A DNA stretch of 64,000 bases from Eledone cirrhosa (Eukaryota). The notes below the pieces were generated by a model, which saw nothing but the letters and a program-made list of their open reading frames with translations, was not told where the DNA came from and did not search any database. Made by a program: the position numbers and the translations under genes. Where the stretch lies: assembly GCA_964016885.1 (NCBI GenBank), contig OZ024741.1, positions 18,414,001-18,478,000 on the forward strand, written 5' to 3'. Positions 1 to 15,300 of this stretch are shown piece by piece (the stretch's first letter is position 1; every line of letters starts with the position of its first letter).

Positions 1-12
1 TATATATATATA

Positions 13-76
<64 letters not shown>

Positions 77-304
77 GAGAGAGAGAGAGAGAGAGAAAAT
101 AACAAGGACGATTGGTTACTCCTTCATTACGTTTATTGGTTGGTGACGTTGCGTTTCGCCACTGATCAATTCAAGATTCGATCTGTATCGATCTGACCCG
201 ACTCTGCAATGTTAATGGAAAAATGAATATACATGCAGTATGATAAAGTCAGTACCTACAGAAACTCCAAGTTACACTCCCTGGATATATATAAATATAT
301 ATAT

Positions 305-479
305 AGTAATAATAATAAATGTGAAGACTAAAATTCGACGATAAGGATAATATATATAAAAATATATAAAAACCGTAAAGCAAATATTTATTAAAATGAC
401 AGATTAAAGTTTCAGAAGATCCGTTAAGGGTGAAAGCAGCGATTCTTTGCTTAAGCTTTAATCTGTTATTTTAATAAAT
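305..479. mobile_element. Fold-back HHR-bearing (Penelope/retrozyme-like) non-autonomous element; related copy at 32765-32930
   Basis: Inverted arms atttattaaaatgacagattaaagttt / aagctttaatctgttattttaataaat enclose agttt-CAGAAGA-...-GAAA-gca..tgc-TT-aagct (408-457). The same head sequence recurs at ~32765. Confidence 0.55.
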
Positions 480-2361
480 GAATAAATAAATAAATAATTA
501 AGTAAATTTTGATAGAAATTCAGTAAGATTTTTGTTGGAAATAATAACATTTCTTTGGTTTGTTTGTGAGCTCTCAATTAATCTCATCTCTCACTATGCT
601 GCAACTGATTTTTCTCCGGAAAACGGAAGAGAGTGCAGTCCTCGGACTTTTCCCTTCCCACGGAGTTTTCTATAAAAAAAAATTAGTTTTCTTTCATGGG
701 ATTCCCTAACCCTAGGTTAAGCCTTCTATTTTTTCAAAATGGGGGGGGGGGGATATTTTTCGGAAAGGGCAGCTAAGGTAAAATTACAACAGCTACGTGG
801 TTGCTTAACATGCTAGAAATAGCAGCCAAATCTTTACGTTTTCTGAAGAAGGAATTGTTTTTGCATGATTTAGATGTCAAATCCGTTTTCACGTAATTTG
901 GAAGTCAGAATCATTGCCCTAGCTTTATCAGGTTTTCCAAATGAAGATTTTTTTCAAAGAAAATTAGCGTCAACCGTCAGTTTTGTTCGTTGTTTACGAA
1001 AAATAAACAGAAGTTAATGCAGTATGTGTGTGCTATCAGACAGACAGGCACACCTCTCTATCTCTCTCTCTCTCTATATATATAGCTGCAGTACCGGTAA
1101 TACCCGGAAAATGTGGGGTTATTCGCAGTTCCCAGAGTACGCCTGAAAATGTTAGCGACCCTGGGTGCCCATACTGGATTTTCAATAGCAACCTTTGCTA
1201 GGTGTGTTTATGGCAGATCAATTTATTGTGTGGAACTATCAATAGCTGTTTCAGTCATAAGTCCTTCTTCCATCCAGCTTTCTTCATTCAGAGTGAATAA
1301 GCCGGGGAAGTTTGAATAAGTTCGATGAGTATCGAACTTATTCAAAAAAACTTATGTATAAGAATAGCAAACTTACTGCCTTAACGCTCAAGGACAAACA
1401 CAGAACAATTGAGGAAGTCATCGCAATTATTGAAGAAATTATAAGCGAGTGAACATATTCAGGTACTGTTGAAGCACCCTGTATATCAGCGATTGTAAAG
1501 CCCTGAAGCAATTCAATAAAACCATCCGTTTTCCCCTTATAGTAGACATCTAAACTACCCTAAATCGTCACCCTACGTCCTTTTTGCATGATATAAGTAA
1601 GTTGGGCGATAGGAAAATCGAAAGATTTTAACTGTTAGTTCCGTAGGTAACTGCAAAAAACGGCGCAAAGTGACGATTCAGCGCACTTCACAAGCTTGAC
1701 AGTAACCAAGAAGGTGGTGGGCGTGGGGGTCATCTGATGAGCTGTGTCGCTAAGCAAATAAGCAGTGAAACCGTTGATCGCTAATAACTCTGTTGGCTTT
1801 CTACATCCTGACATTGTAAGCGCACACTACATGCGGGTTGCTTTCTGTAATGCTCAGTTAGTAAGTTCACAACTTGTAGTTTAAGTGTTAAGAAATAGAA
1901 TTGCTTAGATATAGTACTCTAACATAAAGGCATTAAACATGGGCTTGCCGAGTAGTGTTAAGGTTGCAAGCAAAAAGATTGTTGTTTAAGTGAAAACGAA
2001 TGGAGTTACGTTTAAAGGACAATTCGTGTAATGCAAATTCAATAGGGAGCACACGTGTTTATATACCAAGAACAATCTTCCCACGATCCGACACAATTTG
2101 AAAAAAATTAATAAGCGTGGGGGGGGGGGGGGGGAGATAATATTCGAGGCCTGAGAGATACCAATAATCCATACTGTGTCACGGAGAATCGAACAAGTGA
2201 AACACTCATCGTCGATAACGACGGAGATCCATTCCAGCCAATAGCCAGTCTTCATGATTTCATCATATCTCTAATGATTTTGGCAGAAGTTATAAAGATT
2301 CTCAGCTTGTCATTTTGTCTGTATGTCTGACTGTCTTCCAATCTGTCAGTCAGGTGGTCAA

Positions 2362-2398
<37 letters not shown>

Positions 2399-2749
2399 TG
2401 TTGTCTGGCTGGCTCGCTGTACCTGTGGTTGTCTGTGAGGTGGGATCCCACCTCATTCTCCTCCCTCTCTCTTTATATATATATATATATATATAAGTAT
2501 ATACATATTATATCTACCTCTCTATATATATGTACATATATATATATATATCAAGTAAGAATATATATATATACGGGGATTGTGTAATTGATATGTCACA
2601 TGTGATAAGTGAACAACAAGGCTGCCAGCTAAACTAATGAAATATCGATTTATCAATCCAGTGACAAGGTCTTCGACCTATATGAGACATCATTGCTGAC
2701 ACTATATCTGATTACTCGATATTTATAGACACAACCCATCGTAAATTCA

Positions 2750-3088
2750 CTTCATTATCGCTCTCAACCCCTCTCTGCCTCTCACCTGTCTCCCTCTCTC
2801 TCCCTCTCTCTCCCTCTCTCTCATCTTTCTCCCTCCCACCTCACTCCATCCGCTAACCACCACCCTCCCCCTACCCCCTCTCTCCTCTCTTCCATCCACC
2901 CTTCTCCGCCCTCTCTCCCTCTCTCTCCTCTCTCTCATATTTCTCCTTCCCACCCGCTCATCCTCTAAACCCCCCCTCTCTCACCTTTCTTCTACCCGCC
3001 CCTCCACACCCTCTCTCCCTCTCACCTCTCACCCCCACTCTTCCACCCACCCATCTCCGCCCTCTCCCCCTCTCCCCTCCTCTCCCTG
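2750..3088. repeat. CT-rich polypyrimidine low-complexity tract
   Basis: Degenerate ctctctccc/ccacc repeats. Confidence 0.85.
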
Positions 3089-3350
3089 ACATTCTGTCTG
3101 TGTTGATCTCAATATCTAATTACTCCAACCAACGAAATAAATACACTCAGATACACGATCACCTAACAATAGTTAACTTTGTGTTAACATAGTTTCAGAT
3201 AGAGAGAGAGATCAAGTCGATGCCCCAGCATGACCGCAGTCTAATGACAGGAATAATTATTTCACGTCGCTCCAGTCAACACAGCTGGAATTAAAAAAAT
3301 AGTTTTGACGACAGTTGTGCCAAGTCGAATTTTATACCATTACTATTATT

Positions 3351-6300
3351 AGGGATTGGCAGTATCGGTAGAGGGTCGGACACCATGCTAGGGTGGGGGA
3401 TTGGCAGTATCGGTAGAGCGTCAGACACCATGCTAGGGCGGGGGATTGGCAGTATCGGTAGAGGGTCAGACACCATGCTAGGGCGGGGGATTGGCAGTAT
3501 CGGTAGAGCGTCAGACACCATGCTAGGGTGGTGGATTGGCAGTATCGGTAGAGCGTCAGACACCATGCTAGGACGGGGGGATTGGCAGTATCGGTAGAGC
3601 GTCAGACACCATGCTAGGACGGTGGATTGGCAGTATCGGTAGAGCGTCAGACACCATGCTAGGACAGGGGATTGGCAGTATCGGTAGAGCGTCAGACACC
3701 ATGCTAGGACGGGGGATTGGCAGTATCGGTAGAGCGTCAGACACCATGCTAGGACGGGGGATTGGCAGTATCGGTAGAGCGTCAGACACCATGCTAGGAC
3801 GGGGGGATTGGCAGTATCGGTAGAGCGTCAGACACCATGCTAGGACGGGGGGATTGGCAGTATCGGTAGAGGGTCAGACACCATGCTAGGGTGGGGGATT
3901 GGCAGTATCGGTAGAGCGTCAGACACCATGCTAGGACGGTGGATTGGCAGTATCGGTAGAGCGTCAGACACCATGCTAGGACGGGGGATTGGCAGTATCG
4001 GTAGAGCGTCAGACACCATGCTAGGACGGGGGATTGGCAGTATCGGTAGAGCGTCAGACACCATGCTAGGACGGGGGATTGGCAGTATCGGTAGAGCGTC
4101 AGACACCATGCTAGGACGGGGGGATTGGCAGTATCGGTAGAGCGTCAGACACCATGCTAGGACGGGGGGATTGGCAGTATCGGTAGAGGGTCAGACACCA
4201 TGCTAGGGTGGGGGATTGGCAGTATCGGTAGAGCGTCAGACACCATGCTAGGACGGTGGATTGGCAGTATCGGTAGAGCGTCAGACACCATGCTAGGACG
4301 GGGGATTGGCAGTATCGGTAGAGCGTCAGACACCATGCTAGGACGGGGGATTGGCAGTATCGGTAGAGCGTCAGACACCATGCTAGGACGGGGGGATTGG
4401 CAGTATCGGTAGAGCGTCAGACACCATGCTAGGACGGGGGGATTGGCAGTATCGGTAGAGCGTCAGACACCATGCTAGGGCGGGGGATTGGCAGTATCGG
4501 TAGAGCGTCAGACACCATGCTAGGACGGTGGATTGGCAGTATCGGTAGAGCGTCAGACACCATGCTAGGACGGGGGATTGGCAGTATCGGTAGAGCGTCA
4601 GACACCATGCTAGGGTGGGGGATTGGCAGTATCGGTAGAGCGTCAGACACCATGCTAGGGTGGTGGATTGGCAGTATCGGTAGAGCGTCAGACACCATGC
4701 TATGACGGGGGATTGGCAGTATCGGTAGAGCGTCAGACACCATGCTAGGACGGGGGGATTGGCAGTATCGGTAGAGGGTCAGACACCATGCTAGGACGGG
4801 GGATTGGCAGTATCGGTAGAGGGTCAGACACCATGCTAGGACGGGGGATTGGCAGTATCGGTAGAGCGTCAGACACCATGCTAGGACGGGGGATTGGCAG
4901 TATCGGTAGAGCGTCAGACACCATGCTAGGACGGGGGATTGGCAGTATCGGTAGAGCGTCAGACACCATGCTAGGACGGGGGATTGGCAGTATCGGTAGA
5001 GCGTCAGACACCATGCTAGGACGGGGGATTGGCAGTATCGGTAGAGGGTCGGACACCATGCTAGGGTGGGGGATTGGCAGTATCGGTAGAGGGTCAGACA
5101 CCATGCTAGGACGGGGGATTGGCAGTATCGGTAGAGGGTCAGACACCATGCTAGGACGGGGGATTGGCAGTATCGGTAGAGGGTCAGACACCATGCTAGG
5201 ACGGGGGATTGGCAGTATCGGTAGAGGGTCAGACACCATGCTAGGACGGGGGATTGGCAGTATCGGTAGAGGGTCGGACACCATGCTAGGACGGGGGATT
5301 GGCAGTATCGGTAGAGGGTCGGACACCATGCTAGGGTGGGGGATTGGCAGTATCGGTAGAGGGTCGGACACCATGCTAGGGTGGGGGATTGGCAGTGTAG
5401 GTAAAGGGTCAGACACCATGCTAGGACGGGGGATTGGCAGTATCGGTAGAGGGTCAGACACCATGCTAGGACGGGGGATTGGCAGTATCGGTAGAGGGTC
5501 AGACACCATGCTAGGACGGGGGATTGGCAGTATCGGTAGAGGGTCAGACACCATGCTAGGACGGGGGATTGGCAGTATCGGTAGAGGGTCGGACACCATG
5601 CTAGGGTGGGGGATTGGCAGTGTAGGTAAAGGGTCAGACACCATGCTAGGACGGGGGATTGGCAGTATCGGTAGAGGGTCAGACACCATGCTAGGACGGG
5701 GGATTGGCAGTATCGGTAGAGGGTCGGACACCATGCTAGGGTGGGGGATTGGCAGTATCGGTAGAGGGTCAGACACCATGCTAGGACGGGGGATTGGCAG
5801 TATCGGTAGAGGGTCAGACACCATGCTAGGACGGGGGATTGGCAGTATCGGTAGAGGGTCAGACACCATGCTAGAGTGGGGGATTGGCAGTATCGGTAGA
5901 GCGTCAGACACCATGCTAGGACGGGGGATTGGCAGTGTAGGTAAAGGGTCGGACACCATGCTAGGGTGGTGGATTGGCAGTATCGGTAGAGGGTCGGACA
6001 CCATGCTAGGGTGGTGGATTGGCAGTGTAGGTAAAGGGTCGGACACCATGCTAGGGTGGTGGATTGGCAGTATCGGTAGAGGGTCGGACACCATGCTAGG
6101 GTGGTGGATTGGCAGTGTAGGTAAAGGGTCGGACACCATGCTAGGGTGGTGGATTGGCAGTATCGGTAGAGGGTCGGACACCATGCTAGGGTGGTGGATT
6201 GGCAGTGTAGGTAAAGGGTCGGACACCATGCTAGGGCGGTGGATTGGCAGTATCGGTAGAGGGTCGGACACCATGCTAGGGTGGTGGATTGGCAGTGTAG

Positions 6301-9300
6301 GTAAAGGGTCGGACACCATGCTAGGGTGGTGGATTGGCAGTATCGGTAGAGCGTCAGACACCATGCTAGGACGGAGGATTGGCAGTATCGGTAGAGCGTC
6401 AGACACCATGCTAGGACGGGGGATTGGCAGTATCGGTAGAGGGTCAGACACCATGCTAGGACGGGGGATTGGCAGTATCGGTAGAGGGTCAGACACCATG
6501 CTAGGACGGGGGATTGGCAGTATCGGTAGAGGGTCAGACACCATGCTAGGACGGGGGATTGGCAGTATCGGTAGAGGGTCAGACACCATGCTAGGACGGG
6601 GGATTGGCAGTATCGGTAGAGGGTCAGACACCATGCTAGGACGGGGGATTGGCAGTATCGGTAGAGCGTCAGACACCATGCTAGGACGGGAGATTGGCAG
6701 TATCGGTAGAGGGTCAGACACCATGCTAGGACGGGGGATTGGCAGTATCGGTAGAGGGTCAGACACCATGCTAGGACGGGGGATTGGCAGTATCGGTAGA
6801 GGGTCAGACACCATGCTAGGACGGGGGATTGGCAGTATCGGTAGAGGGTCAGACACCATGCTAGGACGGGGGATTGGCAGTATCGGTAGAGCGTCAGACA
6901 CCATGCTAGGACGGGGGATTGGCAGTATCGGTAGAGGGTCAGACACCATGCTAGGACGGGGGATTGGCAGTATCGGTAGAGGGTCAGACACCATGCTAGG
7001 ACGGGGGATTGGCAGTATCGGTAGAGGGTCAGACACCATGCTAGGACGGGGGATTGGCAGTATCGGTAGAGGGTCAGACACCATGCTAGGACGGGGGATT
7101 GGCAGTATCGGTAGAGCGTCAGACACCATGCTAGGACGGGGGATTGGCAGTATCGGTAGAGCGTCAGACACCATGCTAGGACGGGAGATTGGCAGTATCG
7201 GTAGAGGGTCAGACACCATGCTAGGACGGGGGATTGGCAGTATCGGTAGAGGGTCAGACACCATGCTAGGGCGGGGGATTGGCAGTATCGGTAGAGCGTC
7301 AGACACCATGCTAGGACGGGGGATTGGCAGTATCGGTAGAGGGTCGGACACCATGCTAGGACGGGGGATTGGCAGTATCGGTAGAGCGTCAGACACCATG
7401 CTAGGACGGGGGATTGGCAGTATCGGTAGTGGGTCGGACACCATGCTAGGACGGGGGATTGGCCGTATCGGTAGAGGGTCAGACACCATGCTAGGGTGGT
7501 GGATTGGCAGTATCGGTAGAGCGTCAGACACCATGCTAGGACGGGGGATTGGCAGTGTAGGTAAAGGGTCGGACACCATGCTAAGACGGGGGATTGGCAG
7601 TATCGGTAGAGCGTCAGACACCATGCTAGGACGGGGGATTGGCAGTATCGGTAGAGCGTCAGACACCATGCTAGGACGGGGGATTGGCAGTGTAGGTAAA
7701 GGGTCGGACACCATGCTAGGACGGGGGATTGGCAGTATCGGTAGAGGGTCGGACACCATGCTAGGGTGGTGGATTGGCAGTGTAGGTAGAGGGTCGGACA
7801 CCATGCTAGGGTGGGGGATTGGCAGTATCGGTAGAGGGTCGGACACCATGCTAGGGTGGTGGATTGGCAGTGTAGGTAAAGGGTCGGACACCATGCTAGG
7901 ACGGGGGATTGGCAGTATCGGTAGAGCGTCAGACACCATGCTAGGGTGGTGGATTGGCAGTGTAGGTAAAGGGTCGGACACCATGCTAGGACGGGGGATT
8001 GGCAGTATCGGTAGAGCGTCAGACACCATGCTAGGGTGGGGGATTGGCAGTGTAGGTAAAGGGTCGGACACCATGCTAGGGTGGTGGATTGGCAGTATCG
8101 GTAGAGCGTCAGACACCATGCTAGGACGGGGGATTGGCAGTATCGGTAGAGGGTCAGACACCATGCTAGGACGGGGGATTGGCAGTATCGGTAGAGCGTC
8201 AGACACCATGCTAGGACGGGAGATTGGCAGTATCGGTAGAGGGTCAGACACCATGCTAGGACGGGGGATTGGCAGTATCGGTAGAGGGTCAGACACCATG
8301 CTAGGACGGGGGATTGGCAGTATCGGTAGAGGGTCAGACACCATGCTAGGACGGGGGATTGGCAGTATCGGTAGAGGGTCAGACACCATGCTAGGACGGG
8401 GGATTGGCAGTATCGGTAGAGGGTCAGACACCATGCTAGGACGGGAGATTGGCAGTATCGGTAGAGGGTCAGACACCATGCTAGGACGGGGGATTGGCAG
8501 TATCGGTAGAGGGTCAGACACCATGCTAGGACGGGGGATTGGCAGTATCGGTAGAGCGTCAGACACCATGCTAGGACGGGAGATTGGCAGTATCGGTAGA
8601 GGGTCAGACACCATGCTAGGACGGGGGATTGGCAGTATCGGTAGAGGGTCAGACACCATGCTAGGACGGGGGATTGGCAGTATCGGTAGAGGGTCAGACA
8701 CCATGCTAGGACGGGGGATTGGCAGTATCGGTAGAGCGTCAGACACCATGCTAGGACGGGAGATTGGCAGTATCGGTAGAGGGTCAGACACCATGCTAGG
8801 ACGGGGGATTGGCAGTATCGGTAGAGGGTCAGACACCATGCTAGGACGGGGGATTGGCAGTATCGGTAGAGGGTCAGACACCATGCTAGGACGGGGGATT
8901 GGCAGTATCGGTAGAGGGTCAGACACCATGCTAGGACGGGGGATTGGCAGTATCGGTAGAGCGTCAGACACCATGCTAGGGCGGGGGATTGGCAGTATCG
9001 GTAGAACGTCAGACACCATGCTAGGACGGGGGATTGGCAGTATCGGTAGAGCGTCAGACACCATGCTAGGGCGGGGGATTGGCAGTATCGGTAGAGGGTC
9101 AGACACCATGCTAGGGTGGGGGATTGGCAGTATCGGTAGAGGGTCGGACACCATGCTAGGGCGGGGGATTGGCAGTATCGGTAGAGCGTCAGACACCATG
9201 CTAGGACGGGGGATTGGCAGTATCGGTAGAGCGTCAGACACCATGCTAGGGCGGGGGATTGGCAGTATCGGTAGAGGGTCAGACACCATGCTAGGGTGGG

Positions 9301-12300
9301 GGATTGGCAGTATCGGTAGAGGGTCGGACACCATGCTATGGCGGGGGATTGGCAGTATCGGTAGAGGGTCAGACACCATGCTAGGACGGGGGATTGGCAG
9401 TATCGGTAGAGGGTCAGACACCATGCTAGGACGGGGGATTGGCAGTATCGGTAGAGGGTCAGACACCATGCTAGGACGGGGGATTGGCAGTATCGGTAGA
9501 GCGTCAGACACCATGCTAGGGCGGGGGATTGGCAGTATCGGTAGAGCGTCAGACACCATGCTAGGACGGGGGATTGGCAGTATCGGTAGAGCGTCAGACA
9601 CCATGCTAGGGTGGGGGATTGGCAGTATCGGTAGAGGGTCAGACACCATGCTAGGGTGGGGGATTGGCAGTATCGGTAGAGGGTCGGACGCCATGCTAGG
9701 ACGGGGGATTGGCAGTATCGGTAGAGGGTCGGACACCATGCTAGGGTGGGGGATTGGCAGTATCGGTAGAGGGTCAGACACCATGCTAGGGTGGGGGATT
9801 GGCAGTATCGGTAGAGGGTCGGACACCATGCTAGGGTGGGGGATTGGCAGTATCGGTAGAGGGTCAGACACCATGCTAGGGTGGGGGATTGGCAGTATCG
9901 GTAGAAGGTCGGACGCCATGCTAGGGCGGTGGATTGGCAGTGTAGGTAGAGGGTCGGACACCATACTAGGGTGGTGGATTGGCAGTGTAGGTAGAGGGTC
10001 GGACACCATGCTAGGGCGGTGGATTGGCAGTATCGGTAGAGGGTCGGACACCATGCTAGGGTGGTGGATTGGCAGTGTAGGTAAAGGGTCGGACACCATG
10101 CTAGGGTGGTGGATTGGCAGTATCGGTAGAGGGTCGGACACCATGCTAGGGTGGTGGATTGGCAGTATCGGTAGAGGGTCGGACACCATGCTAGGGTGGT
10201 GGATTGGCAGTGTAGGTAAAGGGTCGGACACCATACTATGGTGGTGGATTGGCAGTATCGGTAGAGGGTCGGACACCATGCTAGGGTGGTGGATTGGCAG
10301 TGTAGGTAAAGGGTCGGACACCATGCTAGGGTGGTGGATTGGCAGTATCGGTAGAGCGTCAGACACCATGCTAGGGCGGAGGATTGGCAGTATCGGTAGA
10401 GCGTCAGACACCATGCTAGGGCGGGGGATTGGCAGTATCGGTGGAGCGTCAGACACCATGCTAGGACGGGGGATTGGCAGTATCGGTAGAGGGTCGGACA
10501 CCATGCTAGGGTGGTGGATTGGCAGTGTAGGTAGAGGGTCGGACACCATGCTAGGGTGGTGGATTGGCAGTATCGGTAGAGCGTCAGACACCATGCTAGG
10601 ACGGGGGATTGGCAGTATCGGTAGAGGGTCGGACACCATGCTAGGGTGGTGGATTGGCAGTGTAGGTAGAGGGTCGGACACCATGCTAGGGTGGTGGATT
10701 GGCAGTATCGGTAGAGGGTCGGACACCATGCTAGGGTGGTGGATTGGCAGTGTACGTAGAGGGTCGGACACCATGCTAGGGTGGTGGATTGGCAGTGTAG
10801 GTAAAGGGTCGGACACCATGCTAGGGTGGTGGATTGGCAGTATCGGTAGAGGGTCGGACACCATGCTAGGGTGGTGGATTGGCAGTGTAGGTAGAGGGTC
10901 GGACACCATGCTAGGGTGGTGGATTGGCAGTATCGGTAGAGGGTCGGACACCATGCTATGACGGTGGATTGGCAGTATCGGTAGAGCGTCAGACACCATG
11001 CTAGGGTGGTGGATTGGCAGTATCGGTAGAGCGTCAGACACCATGCTAGGGTGGGTGATTGGCAGTATCGGTAGAGCGTCAGACACCATGCTAGGGTGGG
11101 GGATTGGCAGTATCGGTAGAGCGTCAGACACCATGCTAGGGCGGGGGATTGGCAGTATCGCTAGAGCGTCAGACACCATGCTAGGGTGGGTGATTGGCAG
11201 TATCGGTAGAGCGTCAGACACCATGCTAGGGTGGGGGATTGGCAGTATCAGTAGAGCGTCAGACACCATGCTAGGGTGGGTGATTGGCAGTATCGGTAGA
11301 GCGTCAGACACCATGTTAGGGCGGGGGATTGGCAGTATCGCTAGAGCGTCAGACACCATGCTAGGGTGGGTGATTGGCAGTATCGGTAGAGCGTCAGACA
11401 CCATGCTAGGGTGGGGGATTGGCAGTATCGGTAGAGCGTCAGACACCATGCTAGGGTGGGGGATTGGCAGTATCGGTAGAGCGTCAGACACCATGCTAGG
11501 GTGGGGGATTGGCAGTATCGGTAGAGCGTCAGACACCATGCTAGGACGGTGGATTGGCAGTATCGGTAGAGCGTCAGACACCATGCTAGGGCGGTGGATT
11601 GGCAGTATCGGTAGAGGCTCAGACACCATGCTAGGGTGGGGGATTGGCAGTATCGGTAGAGGGTCGGACACCATGCCAGGGCGGTGGATTGGCAGTATCG
11701 GTAGAGGGTCGGACACCATGCTAGGGTGGTGGATTGGCAGTATCGGTAGAGGGTCGGACACCATGCTAGGGTGGTGGATTGGCAGTATCGGTAGAGGGTC
11801 GGACACCATGCTAGGGTGGTGGATTGGCAGTATCGGTAGAGCGTCAGACACCATGCTAGGGCGGTGGATTGGCAGTATCGGTAGAGGGTCGGACACCATG
11901 CCAGGGCGGTGGATTGGCAGTATCGGTAGAGGGTCGGACACCATGCTAGGGTGGTGGATTGGCAGTATCGGTAGAGGGTCGGACGCCATGCTAGGGTGGT
12001 GGATTAGCATTATCGGTAGAGGGTCGGACGCCATGCTAGGGTGGTGGATTGGCAGTATTGGTAGAGGGTCGGACGCCATGCTAGGGTGGTGGATTGGCAG
12101 TATCGGTAGAGGGTCGGACGCCATGCTAGGGTGGAGGATTAGCATTATCGGTAGTGGGTCGGACACCATGCTAGGGTGGTGGATTGGCAGTATCGGTAGA
12201 GCGTCAGACACCATGCTAGGACGGTGGATTGGCAGTATCGGTAGAGCGTCAGACGCCATGCTAGGGCGGTGGATTGGCAGTATCGGTGGAGCGTCAGACA

Positions 12301-15300
12301 CCATGCTAGGACGGGGGATTGGCAGTATCGGTAGAGGGTCAGACACCATGCTAGGGTGGGGGATTGGCAGTATCGGTAGAGGGTCAGACACCATGCTAGG
12401 ACGGGGGATTGGCAGTATCGGTGGAGGGTCTGACGCCATGCTAGGGTGGGGGATTGGCAGTATCGGTAGAGCGTCAGACACCATGCCAGGGCGGGGGATT
12501 GGCAGTATCGGTGGAGCGTCAGACACCATGCTAGGGTGGGGGATTGGCAGTATCGGTAGAGGGTCAGACACCATGCTAGGGCGGGGGATTGGCAGTATCG
12601 GTAGAGGGTTAGACACCATGCTAGGGCGGGGGATTGGCAGTATCGGTAGAGAGTCAGACACCATGCTAGGGCGGGGGATTGGCAGTATCGGTAGAGGGTC
12701 AGACACCATGCTAGGACGGGGGATTGGCAGTATCGGTAGAGCGTCAGACACCATGCTAGGGCGGGGGATTGGCAGTATCGGTAGAGCGTCAGACACCATG
12801 CTAGGGCGGGGGATTGGCAGTATCGGTAGAGGGTCAGACACCATGCTAGGACGGAGGATTGGCAGTATCGGTAGAGCGTCAGACACCATGCTAGGGCGGG
12901 GGATTGGCAGTATCGGTAGAGGGTCAGACACCATGCTAGGGCGGGGGATTGGCAGTGTAGGTAGAGGGTCAGACACCATGCTAGGGTGGGGGATTGGCAG
13001 TATCGGTAGAGGGTCAGACACCATGCTAGGGTGGGGGATTGGCAGTATCGGTAGAGGGTCAGACACCATGCTAGGGCGGGGGATTGGCAGTGTAGGTAGA
13101 GGGTCGGACACCATACTAGGGTGGTGGATTGGCAGTGTAGGTAGAGGGTCGGACACCATGCTAGGGCGGGGGATTGGCAGTATCGGTAGAGCGTCAGACA
13201 CCATGCTAGGGCGGGGGATTGGCAGTATCGGTAGAGAGTCAGACACCATGCTAGGACGGGGGATTGGCAGTATCGGTAGAGCGTCAGACACCATGCTATG
13301 ACGGGGGATTGGCAGTATCGGTAGAGAGTCAGACACCATGCTAGGGCGGGGGGATTGGCAGTATCGGTAGAGAGTCAGACACCATGCTAGGGCGGGATAT
13401 TGGCAGTATCGGTAGAGCGTCAGACACCATGCTAGGGCGGGGGATTGGCAGTATCGGTAGAGAGTCAGACACCATGCTAGGACGGGGGATTGGCAGTATC
13501 GGTAGAGCGTCAGACACCATGCTATGACGGGGGATTGGCAGTATCGGTAGAGAGTCAGACACCATGCTAGGGCGGGGGATTGGCAGTATCGGTAGAGCGT
13601 CAGACACCATGCTAGGACGGGGGATTGGCAGTATCGGTAGAGCGTCAGACACCATGCTAGGGCGGGGGATTGGCAGTATCGGTAGAGCGTCAGACACCAT
13701 GCTAGGGCGGGGGATTGGCAGTATCGGTAGAGGGTTAGACACCATGCTAGGACGGAGGATTGGCAGTATCGGTAGAGGGTCAGACACCATGCTAGGACGG
13801 GGGATTGGCAGTATCGGTAGAGGGTCAGACACCATGCTAGGGCGGGGGATTGGCAGTATCGGTAGAGGGTCAGACACCATGCTAGGACGGGGGATTGGCA
13901 GTATCGGTAGAGGGTCAGACACCATGCTAGTGCGGGGGATTGGCAGTATCGGTAGAGGGTCAGACACCATGCTAGGGTGGGGGATTGGCAGTATCGGTAG
14001 AGCGTCAGACACCATGCTAGGACGGGGGATTGGCAGTATCGGTAGAGGGTCAGACACCATGCTAGGACGGGGGATTGGCAGTATCGGTAGAGCGTCAGAC
14101 ACCATGCTAGGGCGGGGGATTGGCAGTATCGGTAGAGCGTCAGACACCATGCTAGGGCGGGGGATTGGCAGTATCGGTAGAGGGTCAGACACCATGCTAG
14201 GGTGGGGGATTGGCAGTATCGGTAGAGCGTCAGACACCATGCTAGGGCGGGGGATTGGCAGTATCGGTAGAGCGTCAGACACCATGCTAGGACGGGGGAT
14301 TGGCAGTATCGGTAGAGGGTCAGACACCATGCTAGGGCGGGGGATTGGCAGTATCGGTAGAGCGTCAGACACCATGCTAGGGCGGGGGATTGGCAGTATC
14401 GGTAGAGCGGCAGACACCATGCTAGGGCGGGGGATTGGCAGTAGCGGTAGAGCGTCAGACACCATGCTAGGGCGGGGGATTGGCAGTATCGGTAGAGGGT
14501 CAGACACCATGCTAGGGTGGGGGATTGGCAGTATCGGTAGAGCGTCAGACACCATGCTAGGGCGGGGGATTGGCAGTATCGGTAGAGCGTCAGACACCAT
14601 GCTAGGACGGGGGATTGGCAGTATCGGTAGAGGGTCAGACACCATGCTAGGGCGGGGGATTGGCAGTATCGGTAGAGCGTCAGACACCATGCTAGGGCGG
14701 GGGATTGGCAGTATCGGTAGAGCGTCAGACACCATGCTAGGGCGGGGGATTGGCAGTATCGGTAGAGCGTCAGACACCATGATAGGGCGGGGGATTGGCA
14801 GTATCGGTAGAGCGTCAGACACCATGCTAGGGCGGGGGATTGGCAGTATCGGTAGAGCGTCAGACACCATGCTAGGGCGGGGGATTGGCAGTATCGGTAG
14901 AGCGTCAGACACCATGCTAGGGCGGGGGATTGGCAGTATCGGTAGAGCGTCAGACACCATGCTAGGGCGGGGGATTGGCAGTATCGGTAGAGGGTCAGAC
15001 ACCATGCTAGGGTGGGGGATTGGCAGTATCGGTAGAGCGTCAGACACCATGCTAGGGCGGGGGATTGGCAGTATCGGTAGAGCGTCAGACACCATGCTAG
15101 GACGGGGGATTGGCAGTATCGGTAGAGCGTCAGACACCATGCTAGGGCGGGGGATTGGCAGTATCGGTAGAGCGTCAGACACCATGCTAGGGCGGGGGAT
15201 TGGCAGTATCGGTAGAGCGTCAGACACCATGCTAGGGCGGGGGATTGGCAGTATCGGTAGAGGGTCAGACACCATGCTAGGGTGGGGGATTGGCAGTATC

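Noticed and set aside
130-200. Degenerate minus-strand HHR (GAAA-cgcaacg-TC-acc, AATAAA)
   Set aside because: The core is corrupted and stem II is not identifiable.
1083-1330. Possible Helitron-like terminus and helicase remnant
   Set aside because: Only a vague resemblance; no continuous motif in any frame.
1730-1782. CTGATGA...GAAA hammerhead-like motif
   Set aside because: Stem II is plausible, but I could not form a convincing stem I or III.
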